Assembly (NCBI GenBank): GCA_000402515.1
Contig: AQRL01000033.1
Span: 1 to 48,865 of the forward strand
DNA from: Nanoarchaeota archaeon SCGC AAA011-G17
GTDB lineage: Archaea > Nanobdellota > Nanobdellia > SCGC-AAA011-G17
Direction: 5' to 3'
Length of the DNA stretch: 48,865 bases
Position 1 is the first letter of the stretch, and every line of letters begins with the position of its first letter. The position numbers were made by a program, and so were the translations under genes. Below the pieces are notes generated by a model. That model searched no databases. It was not told where the DNA came from and saw nothing but the letters and a program-made list of their open reading frames with translations. Of the stretch, positions 1 to 8,017 are shown in pieces.

Positions 1-210
1 TTGCTTATTGCATCCTGAAATAGACATGACAAGCAACAAGGCTGAAAGAATATTAAGAGAGCCAGTAGTGCAGAGGAAGATAAGCTCTTTATGGAATGAG
101 AAAGGAGTAATGATTAAGGAGACAATCATGTCTGTATTAGCAACATGGAATTTGAGGGGGCTCAATACCAACAGCATGCTTAGGGAAACCCTAAGCAGCT
201 AAACGGTTAC
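1..210 (+). mobile_element. Right end of an IS66-family-like insertion sequence, truncated by the window edge
   Basis: A transposase C-terminal frame runs in from the window start. The element ends ...AGCTAAACGGTTAC at 197-210, the exact reverse complement of GTAACCGTTTAGCT at 48722-48735. A GTAA terminus is typical of IS66-family inverted repeats. Confidence 0.6.
2..202 (+). CDS. Transposase, C-terminal fragment (IS66 TnpC-like), 5'-partial
   Basis: The frame is open to the window edge. The motif TSNKAERILREPVVQRKISS resembles the TNNxAERxLRxxVxxRK block of IS66-type transposases. The stop codon lies inside the terminal inverted repeat. Confidence 0.55.
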   Translation, partial: CLLHPEIDMTSNKAERILREPVVQRKISSLWNEKGVMIKETIMSVLATWNLRGLNTNSMLRETLSS

Positions 211-2586
211 GTTAATTCTATTTTGAATCTGTTAAAAGAGATTTCTGCATGAAGTGTTGCTTTTAGGTCTTCTAATGCTGTTTTTAATAATAATTTATCT
301 TCTATATCCAATGTTAATTTTATTTCTTTTTTTAAAGAGACATTTTTCTCTGCCTTGAATTTTCTTACTTGTTTTACTATTTCTACAAACCTGTCTCCTA
401 TTTTCTCTGCATTCTTGTCAACAATAATTTCTTTAGGCCAGGCAGAGATATGGATGCTTTTCTTATTCTCCTTCTTTGCGTAATATGACTGATAGATTTC
501 CTCTGTTATGTGGGGCATTATCGGAGCCATGAGCTTAAGGGTATTTAATAGAACATGATAAAGAGTATACTGCGCTGATAATTTTGCCTCTTTTCCTCTC
601 TTATCTGGATTGTATAGTCTGTCCTTGATTATTTCCAGGTAATTGTCACAAAAGTCATGCCAAAAAAAATTATCAATTAATTTTGTTGAATCCCCTATTT
701 TATAGTGCATCATTAAATCTGTAGATTTTTTTATTAAATGAGATAGCTTTGTTAAAATCCATAAGTCAATCTCTTCTAACTTTTTTGGTTTTTCCAATGG
801 GTAATTTTCCAGATGCATTAGTGCAAATTTAGATGCATTCCATAGTTTTGTTTGAAATTTAGTTCCTGTTACTAAATCTTTTTCCTGGAATGGAAGGTCT
901 TCTCCAAAGGTTGCTGTACCAACCCAGTATCTTATAACATCAACATTGAATTTTTCAAGCAAGTCTTCTGTCCAGATAGCATTCCCCTTTGATTTATGCA
1001 TACCACGACCTTTTGAGTCGAGAACAAATGTACCCAAAGCGATATCTTTCCAGGGTATTTGTTTAAAATGCAGGTATGATTTTAAAATTGTATAAAATGC
1101 CCAAGTCCTTATAATATCATGTGCCTGTGGTCTTAAAGACATTGGAAACATTTTTTTAAAACTCTGCGGTTTTTCCAACCAACGCGTTGCTATCTGTGGA
1201 CTCATACTAGATGTCATCCAAGTGTCAAATACATCCTGATCTGGTATGAATTCTGAGGAACCACATTTACATTTTTTCTTTGGTTGCTGAGAGGTAGGAT
1301 CAATTGGAAGCTCTTTTTTATCAGGCAGAATTATTTTTTTGCATTTTTTACAGTACCATACTGGGATAGGAACACCAAAAAATCTCTGACGAGAGATACA
1401 CCAATCCCATGCCAAGTTCTTAACCCAATCATTATACCTTACCAGATAAAATTCTGGATACCATTTTATTTTCTTTGCCTGTTCTATCAGCTGTTTTTTA
1501 TATTTTAAAGTTTTAATAAACCATTGTGGCGTTACTATGAATTCTACTGGAGTTGAGCATCTCCAACAAGAGCCAACAGTCTGCTCTAAATCCAATTGTG
1601 ATTTTAATCTGTTTTCTTTTTTCAAATCTTGAAGAATTTCTTCTCTTGCTTCTTCTATATTTAATCCATTATATTTTCCTGCATTTCTTAATTTTCCTTG
1701 CTCTGTTAGACATACTTTTAAAGGCAATTTATGTTTTTTCCACCATTCAATATCGGTTGTATCACCAAAGGTACAAATCATAACAATCCCTGTTCCAAAT
1801 TCTCTGTCTACTTTTTCGTCCTTCATTATTGGAACTTTTTGGTTAAACAACGGGACAATTGCTTTTTTCCCAACCAAATTTTTGTATCTCTTATCATCTG
1901 GATGAACAAAAATACCAACACATGCAGATAAAAATTCTGGGCGTGTTGTTGCAATTGTTATTTTTTTACCGTCTTCCAGATCAAAAAGGATTTCATTTAT
2001 CTTTGTAGTTCTCTTTAAATCCTGTACTTCTGCCTGAGCAAGAGCTGTCTGATGATAGGTGCACCAAATTGTCGGCTCTTCTGCTCTATAACAATCTCCT
2101 TTCTCTATTAAATCAAGAAAAGACATTTGGGCGACCTTTTGCGCCTTTTGACCTATTGTTGTGTATAATAAACTCCAATCATAAGAATGCCCCAATGCTC
2201 TAAATACTCTGTCTGCATATGCTTCTTCTACTTCTTTTGATTCTTTTAGGCAGAGCTTTCTAAATTCTGAGCGTGAGATTGTATTCTTTGTTATTTTCAA
2301 TTTTTCTTCAACATATTTTTCTGTTGGTAATCCATTATTATCAAAACATGGAGCAAAATAAACATTAAAATTATTCATTCTTCTAAACCTAGCAATAATT
2401 TCAAATTGTGTATAATGCAAGGCATGACCTACATGCAAGTGACCTGCTGATGCATATGGGGGGGGGAACATCTATTGAGAAGATAGGTTTTTTAGAATTT
2501 ATGTCAAATTTGTAGATTTTGTGCTTTTCCCAGTATTCCTGCCATTTCTTTTCTACTTCAACTGGATTGTAATTTTGTGATAACAT
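207..2586 (-). CDS. valS: Valyl-tRNA synthetase, frame interrupted by one extra base in a C9 tract
   Basis: Class Ia aaRS motifs are present: PPPYASAGHLHVGH (HIGH), TTRPE, DWCISRQR and GMHKSKGN (KMSKS). At ~790 aa the size fits ValRS. The N-terminal 60 aa (ORF 2401-2586, ...IFSIDVPPP) join YASAGHLHVGH only if the G9 run at 2458-2466 (+ strand) is read as 8. Confidence 0.85.
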
Positions 2587-2628
2587 TGACTTTATCTTTA
2601 AGTGTTAAGTATTTAAATTTTAGGATTT

Positions 2629-2657
2629 CACTTGACACACTTGACATGTCAGCGCAG
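2629..2657 (+). promoter_or_regulatory. 29-nt upstream element, tandem CAC(T/A)TGACA x2 plus TGYCAGCGCAG, abutting a TATA box
   Basis: CACTTGACACACTTGACATGTCAGCGCAG matches the reverse complement of 25815-25843 at 27/29 positions. It is followed by CTTATATAG, and the ATG at 2690 lies ~26 nt from the TATA centre. Confidence 0.5.
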
Positions 2658-2674
2658 AACTTATATAGTATTTT

Positions 2675-3352
2675 GTGTTATATTGTAATATGAAATTAAT
2701 AAATTATGACATATACAAATTATCAGAACTAATAGGAATAATAATAGGAGACGGGAATATTTATTATAACCCACAACTAAAAAAGTATTATTTTGAAATT
2801 ACTGGTGACCCAAATTTAGAAAAAGAATATTTTCACCATATTTCTGATTTAATTTTTGATTTATTAAATAAAAAACCAAATATAAGAAAAGGAGGAAGAG
2901 GACTTAGATTAAGATTATATTCAAAAAATTTTGTAGAATTCTTAATTAATATCGTAAAATTGCCTTATGGAGAAGGAAAATGTGAAGTTGTAACTATACC
3001 TGACTGTATATATTCACAAAATTGGGATATAATTAAAAAATGTATAAGGGGCATTACAGATACAGATGGCTCTTTATTCTTATCAAAAAAATACCATAGA
3101 AATGATTATCCTTGTGTAGAGATTAGTACAGTTAGTGAATCTCTAGCTTTTCAACTTAAGGGAATATTGTCCCCACATTATAGGTTAGGTTTTAGGAGTT
3201 TCTCTGCAAAGAATTCCAGAAAAAGATATATTATTTCAATAAATGGAGATATTATGGTAAATAAATGGATTAATGATATTGGTTTTTCTAATCCACATAA
3301 AGGAAGGAAAGCTTATGATATTTTAAAAATGAATGGGACTGGAGGGATTTGA
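2675..3352 (+). CDS. LAGLIDADG-family homing endonuclease, double-motif and free-standing
   Basis: Two LAGLIDADG-type motifs are present: LIGIIIGDGNI and IRGITDTDGSL. The likely true start is the ATG at 2690. The last 19 nt overlap the 3' end of tRNA-Phe on the opposite strand. Confidence 0.8.
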   Translation: MLYCNMKLINYDIYKLSELIGIIIGDGNIYYNPQLKKYYFEITGDPNLEKEYFHHISDLIFDLLNKKPNIRKGGRGLRLRLYSKNFVEFLINIVKLPYGEGKCEVVTIPDCIYSQNWDIIKKCIRGITDTDGSLFLSKKYHRNDYPCVEISTVSESLAFQLKGILSPHYRLGFRSFSAKNSRKRYIISINGDIMVNKWINDIGFSNPHKGRKAYDILKMNGTGGI

Positions 3353-3379
3353 GCCCTCGACCCCACGATCTTCAGTCGT

Positions 3380-3400
3380 CTGAGCTGTAGTTTACTACAT
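3380..3400 (-). other. tRNA-Phe intron 2 (21 nt, between tRNA positions 27 and 28), BHB motif
   Basis: RNA reads GAGC[ACA]UGUAG-UAAA-CUACA-GCUC[AGA]CGA. The central helix is GAGC:GCUC, with 3-nt bulges ACA and AGA and inner helix UGUAG:CUACA. Excision gives the anticodon stem CACGA/UCGUG. Confidence 0.85.
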
Positions 3401-3425
3401 GTGCTCTCCCAGGCTGAGCTACAGT

Positions 3426-3445
3426 TTGATGCACTTTTAGAGTGT
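3426..3445 (-). other. tRNA-Phe intron 1 (20 nt, between tRNA positions 3 and 4), BHB motif
   Basis: RNA reads GAUG[GGA]CACU-CUAAA-AGUG-CAUC[AAA]CUG. The central 4-bp helix is GAUG:CAUC, with 3-nt bulges GGA and AAA and inner helix CACU:AGUG. Cleavage after the second bulge nucleotide gives GGG|ACUG. Confidence 0.8.
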
Positions 3446-3603
3446 CCCATCAAGTACTCAGCACTTAAAGATTAGATAAAATATTCCTTTTAAAAACTTT
3501 TGGATTAGAAATAATAATTTTCTGACACTACCTTGTAGGATACATCAAACGAATTATTTAAATATTAGTTAGTGTTCTTTAATAAAAATAATAAGTGGTG
3601 TAA

Positions 3604-4320
3604 ATGGCTAATTTAAAAAAGATAGGGAGTTTTTTAAAAAGAAGTTTATTAATTACTCTCGCAGCAGGAGCAGTATATTATGCAGGCTTAAAACAAAATC
3701 CTTCTTTTCAAGAATTAACACCCAAAGTACAACAGGTATTAATACAAGAACATAATCAACTTGATAATCTATTAAAAAGTGTTTCTGATGATTTTATAAA
3801 GGGTAATTTTAAAGAGGCTATGGCTAAATTCGGAAATTGTGAAAAATTAGTAAATATGTTAAGTAAGATAGACCCTAAATTTAATGAACTAAAGCCAAGA
3901 TTAGCGGAATATCAACAATTCATAAACTTAATAGGGTTGGCTGTAGATTATGTGGATTATCAAAATAAATATATAAATAATTTAAAAATTGATAAAATAT
4001 CATCAGAATCAATTCTTAATATTGTAACTAGAGATATTCATGAAAATTATATCAGTGACCTAATTACATTTAGTCATAATCCAGGTATTAGCCCAGAGAT
4101 AAGAAAACTTGCACTTAGCGCATCCCAACAATTTTATAAAGAAAGACTAGGTATTATGATAGATTTACGTGATCAAATATTAAAACAAAAAAACCGAGTT
4201 TCTAGTCCTAAACAAGTTCAACAGATTGAAGAGGCATTAAGAATTCTTAATCAAATGATTATCCCTAGGGTGGAAGGACAACTTGAAATTATTGAACAAG
4301 CACTTAAAAGATTAAAATAA
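3604..4320 (+). CDS. Hypothetical membrane-anchored protein
   Basis: Long ORF with an N-terminal hydrophobic helix (LLITLAAGAVYYAGL). I recognise no family motif. Confidence 0.5.
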   Translation: MANLKKIGSFLKRSLLITLAAGAVYYAGLKQNPSFQELTPKVQQVLIQEHNQLDNLLKSVSDDFIKGNFKEAMAKFGNCEKLVNMLSKIDPKFNELKPRLAEYQQFINLIGLAVDYVDYQNKYINNLKIDKISSESILNIVTRDIHENYISDLITFSHNPGISPEIRKLALSASQQFYKERLGIMIDLRDQILKQKNRVSSPKQVQQIEEALRILNQMIIPRVEGQLEIIEQALKRLK

Positions 4321-4668
4321 TCTATATTCTTGAATTGAATAATTGTATAACCTCTTTGGAATAATTACATTAACTTGACATATTTTGTAAGTTCCAGATA
4401 TTTTTTATAGTGTGCTCTGAAGTGACATATGTCACCACCTTAACAGCAGTTTAAATTTAGTAATCTTAACGTCTATAATTAATCATGAGCCTTATTTTTA
4501 TAGTGTTTCTAACACATTTTTATGCAATTTAATAAAAAATCTTTATCGTCAATAAAATTCAATAATCAACTAGTGCCAAATGTCATTGCAGAGCACAAGA
4601 TATTTTTTATAGAAAGGTTTATATTGTAGTTTTTGTTTAGTTTACTGATAAATATATGAGGTGCTTTT

Positions 4669-5208
4669 ATGATGAGATATAACAAAAGGGGTGCTTTAGA
4701 ACTTTCTATGAATACTATTATTATAATTGTTATTGGTGTTACCTTATTGACTTTAGGAATAACATGGGTTAGAAACACTATGGGAAGTGTCAGTGGATTG
4801 AGTGACAAGGCTTTTGAAAATGCTGAGAGAGTATTAGCAGGCGGAGAGGACTTTGAGGGGGCAGTAAATGCTCCTAGCCAGTTAAGCTTGAAGAAAGGAG
4901 AGATAAAACAAGCCATATTTAAAGTTAGAAATACTGGGGAAGATACTAATGATGGGTCTGGAACTTTTAGTATATCAATAGGCAGTACCCCTAATCAAGA
5001 ATTAACCACAATAACTCCTACAGATTGTTTGGTTGTAAAGGCAGTTGGATTAAGTAGTAAATCAATTGATATGGGAAAAGCAGGTGAATTTAGCGTTGGA
5101 ATTTCTGCAAAAAACAGCTGTTCAACAGGGGTTGCAGTATTTCCTGTCTCTATACAAGCAAATGGAAAAGAGATTAGTTCAAGACCATTATATATAACCA
5201 TTAAATAG
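4669..5208 (+). CDS. Archaeal type IV pilin-like protein (class III signal peptide)
   Basis: The N-terminus MMRYNKRGALELSMNTIIIIVIGVTLLTLG has a charged head, a G/A cleavage-like site and a hydrophobic helix. A GAGGTG Shine-Dalgarno-like sequence lies upstream. Confidence 0.55.
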   Translation: MMRYNKRGALELSMNTIIIIVIGVTLLTLGITWVRNTMGSVSGLSDKAFENAERVLAGGEDFEGAVNAPSQLSLKKGEIKQAIFKVRNTGEDTNDGSGTFSISIGSTPNQELTTITPTDCLVVKAVGLSSKSIDMGKAGEFSVGISAKNSCSTGVAVFPVSIQANGKEISSRPLYITIK

Positions 5209-5239
5209 GTTTAAATATTTCTTTTATTTTTTATTTTAG

Positions 5240-5617
5240 ATGAAAAGGAAGTTTGAATTCTTTACAAAGGGAGAACTAAAAGAAAAGAATTTGCTATATA
5301 TTTTTGCTGATACAAAAAGAGTGAGAGTTATTGAATTTCTGAATGGGAAGAAAAATGTTTTACTGAATAAAGAAAGAGAGGTAAAAAAGGTTAATGGTGG
5401 CGGGATGAGCAAGAAGAGATACAGAAGACGTTATGGCGAGGCAAAAAGCAGGACAGTTGAGTGGCATACTCATCAGTTTGAAAAATTACAAAAAAGAGAA
5501 TATGACAAGATAAAATTAATCTGCAGAAATGAGGTGTGGGAAGAGAATATTTTAAATAGTTTAAAGCAAAAAATAAAGTGGAAAGAGATAGAGATTAAAA
5601 AAGATGAAAAACAGTGA
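5240..5617 (+). CDS. Hypothetical basic or coiled-coil protein, possibly the N-terminal part of the following NFACT-like gene
   Basis: ORF overlaps the next gene by 14 nt in a different frame. It is Lys/Glu-rich. Confidence 0.4.
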   Translation: MKRKFEFFTKGELKEKNLLYIFADTKRVRVIEFLNGKKNVLLNKEREVKKVNGGGMSKKRYRRRYGEAKSRTVEWHTHQFEKLQKREYDKIKLICRNEVWEENILNSLKQKIKWKEIEIKKDEKQ

Positions 5618-6182
5618 AAAAGAGTGGTGGGAAAATTTCAGATGGTTCTATAGTTCTGAGAATGTTTTGGTTGTTGGCGGGAAGAATGCTGAGAGCAATG
5701 ATGAGCTATTAAAGAATCATCTTGATAGCAAAGAGATTGTTTTACATACTGAGGATCCTGGAAGCCCTTTCTTTGTTATTAAGGGGTATGCTGGCAAGAA
5801 AACAATAAAAGAGGCAGGGATTGCATGCGCATCTTACAGCCAAGGATGGAAGAAAGGGTTAGATAATATGAGGGTAGAGTATTTTGTTTCTGAGCAATTA
5901 AAAAAGGAAAAAAGAATGAAGGATGGGACCTGGGGTGTTAGCGGCAAAGTGAAGAGCATGACTGTCAAGCTTGAATTAGCAATTGGGGTTAGTAAAGATG
6001 GAAAAGTGATTGGCGGCCCTGTTGATGCGATTGAGAAAAAGGCTGACAAATTTGTAATAATTCATCCTGGCGGTGATGATAAAGAGATTGTAACAAGAGA
6101 GGTAACAAAAAGAGTAGACGGCAGTGAAGCAGAGGTTGTTAGATTCATACCAGCTGGAAAAAGCCATATTCATAAGGCTTAA
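5604..6182 (+). CDS. NFACT-R (DUF814) domain protein, RqcH/NEMF-like
   Basis: FRWFYSSENVLVVGGKNAESNDELL...HTEDPGSPFFVIKG matches the DUF814/NFACT-R pattern (frwf.s.dg..i.vGrna.qNe.L ... Ha...gs..vi). Confidence 0.6.
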   Translation: MKNSEKEWWENFRWFYSSENVLVVGGKNAESNDELLKNHLDSKEIVLHTEDPGSPFFVIKGYAGKKTIKEAGIACASYSQGWKKGLDNMRVEYFVSEQLKKEKRMKDGTWGVSGKVKSMTVKLELAIGVSKDGKVIGGPVDAIEKKADKFVIIHPGGDDKEIVTREVTKRVDGSEAEVVRFIPAGKSHIHKA

Positions 6183-6889
6183 ATTCTGTTAAAATTAATT
6201 GCTGGATTTGATTAAGTTATCCCAAAAAATAATCCTAAAAGATATATTGGTACACTAATAATAAGAATCCAAAAATATACACAGCCAAAATAATAAATTA
6301 ATCTATATGTATCTTCACTAAAAAAACCCTTTGTCTTAACATAAAAAAAGCAATTATCCAAAATAATAAATTACCAAGAGCCAACCATCCAAGATAAAAC
6401 ATTATCTTTTTAATACCTTTTAATTTTTTATAATCAAAACTTTTTTCATCTTCTTCCCCTAATCCAAATGTAACAAATTCTAATAATCCCATCTATACTA
6501 TTTCTCCTTTTTTCTTTTTCTATATTCTTTCATTGCCAACCATCCAATAACAAAAGCAAAAATAATAACTAAAAGTTTTCCTGTAAGTTCACCTAACTGT
6601 TCTGCATTCATTTATTTTTCATCCATCCTAATTTAACAAATAATTTTTTAATCCAATAACTAAAAGTAAATTCCTTTCCGTATATTTTTGAGAATATTAA
6701 ATCTTCAGCAGACCACACTACCAATAGTCCAAAAAGAATACCAAGTATCAATCCAGTAATATCATTTAGCATAATTATAGAAAGCCTTATATCTATAAAA
6801 AAGTTTCCATAGGCTATAAGTAAGACTCGTTTACGTCACAATGCAAGACATTAGTAACCTTTATAAATGCCCCAAATAGGATTTTATTT

Positions 6890-7315
6890 ATGGTAACTGT
6901 ATATGATGTTAATCCTAACAGCCTCATTAACAAGGCTGCTGAAGAACTAAAAAAAATAGATAGCATAAAGGCACCAGCATGGGTTAGTTTTGCTAAGACT
7001 GGTGTACAGAAAGAAAGACCCAGTACTGAAAAGGATTTCTGGTATAAAAGGTGCGCTTCTGTATTAAGAAAAATTTACATTTACGGGCCAATTGGGGTCA
7101 GCAAATTAAGAGTTAAGTATGGTGGCAGAAAAAATAGGGGAACAAAACCAGATGCATTTAGAAAAGCTGGCGGAAATATAATAAGAAAAGTCCTACAGCA
7201 ATTAGAAAAGAATGAATTAATAAGACAGGCAGAAGTAGGGGTGCATAAAGGAAGAGTAATAACACCCAAGGGAAAGAAATTTTTGGATAGTACTGCTAAG
7301 AGTTTGAAAAAATGA
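6890..7315 (+). CDS. rps19e: Ribosomal protein eS19 (S19e)
   Basis: VYDVNPNSLINKAAEELKK...APAWVSFAKTG..KERP...DFWYKRCASVLRKIY is typical of S19e. Confidence 0.9.
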   Translation: MVTVYDVNPNSLINKAAEELKKIDSIKAPAWVSFAKTGVQKERPSTEKDFWYKRCASVLRKIYIYGPIGVSKLRVKYGGRKNRGTKPDAFRKAGGNIIRKVLQQLEKNELIRQAEVGVHKGRVITPKGKKFLDSTAKSLKK

Positions 7316-7485
7316 CAAGAAACATTGGTAGCGGAAAAAAAACCAGGTTGATCAAAAAAAACAAGCAGACTAGATGGGCTCCTTTCTGGACAGTACCTAA
7401 AAAATATGGCAAAGGAAAAAAGGTTCATCCCGGAAGACATACAACTGTAAAAAGAAATTGGAGAAAAACCAAAACAAAGGCATGA
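7312..7485 (+). CDS. rpl39e: Ribosomal protein eL39 (L39e), 57 aa; not in the ORF track
   Basis: My own translation gives MTRNIGSGKKTRLIKKNKQTRWAPFWTVPKKYGKGKKVHPGRHTTVKRNWRKTKTKA. There is an ATGA start/stop overlap with rps19e. The position before rpl31e is the conserved one. Confidence 0.8.
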   Translation: MTRNIGSGKKTRLIKKNKQTRWAPFWTVPKKYGKGKKVHPGRHTTVKRNWRKTKTKA

Positions 7486-7489
7486 TAAA

Positions 7490-7963
7490 ATGGCTGAAAA
7501 AATATTTACTATCCCTTTAAGAAAAGAATGGCTGAAGGTCCCTAAATACAGAAGGGCAAAAAAGGCAATAAGTGCTTTAAATATTTATTTGAAGAAACAT
7601 CTGAAGAAAGAAGTAAGGATTGGAAAATATCTGAATTCTAAGGTTTGGGCAAGAGGAAATGAGAATCCCCCTGGAAAGATTAAAGTAAGAATTGAAGAGG
7701 ACAAGGATAATTTAACTGCTGAATTGATTAATGCCCCAAGAGAAGTCAAGAAAGAAAAGAAGAAGGGAAGATTAGAGCAGCTAAAAGAAAAGGTTGTCGG
7801 GGAGAGCAAGGAGAAAAAAGAGCAGAAGGAATTGAGCAAAGAGCTGGGAAAGGAATTACAAAGAGAAGAAGAAATGAAGAGGCATGAAGCTCCCAAGAAA
7901 GAGGATAAAGAAACTATGGGAAGAGAGAGATTAGTTGCAAGAAAAGAAGATATCAAGAAATAA
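7490..7963 (+). CDS. rpl31e: Ribosomal protein eL31 (L31e) with a K/E-rich C-terminal extension
   Basis: FTIPLRKEWLKVPKYRRAKKAI...VRIGKYLNSKVWARG..NPPGKIKVR is the L31e signature. The last ~70 aa are low-complexity K/E. Confidence 0.9.
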   Translation: MAEKIFTIPLRKEWLKVPKYRRAKKAISALNIYLKKHLKKEVRIGKYLNSKVWARGNENPPGKIKVRIEEDKDNLTAELINAPREVKKEKKKGRLEQLKEKVVGESKEKKEQKELSKELGKELQREEEMKRHEAPKKEDKETMGRERLVARKEDIKK

Positions 7964-8017
7964 TTCTAAATATGAAAGGTTTATTAAGGAAAAATTAATG
8001 GTATTATATTAAAGGAT

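Larger units (their letters stand above)
3334..3448 (-). tRNA. tRNA-Phe(GAA) with two BHB introns (115-nt precursor, 74-nt mature, CCA not encoded)
   Basis: After removing 3426-3445 and 3380-3400 the cloverleaf is complete. Acceptor GGGACUG/CAGUCCC; D arm GCUC-AGCCUGGGA-GAGC; anticodon arm CACGA-CUGAAGA-UCGUG; variable loop GGGUC; T arm GAGGG-CUCAAAU-CCCUC; discriminator A73. Confidence 0.9.

Noticed and set aside
2455-2470. The valS and rps19 (42405-42422) frame breaks considered as additional BHB introns
   Set aside because: Protein continuity across each break requires removing exactly 1 nt inside a homopolymer. No helix-bulge geometry is present, and a 1-nt intron is not plausible.
7740-7960. 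K/E-rich coding stretches (also 36180-36440 and 41000-41110) considered as tandem DNA repeats or a CRISPR-like array
   Set aside because: They show no regular repeat-spacer periodicity. They are in-frame low-complexity tails of ribosomal-protein genes.
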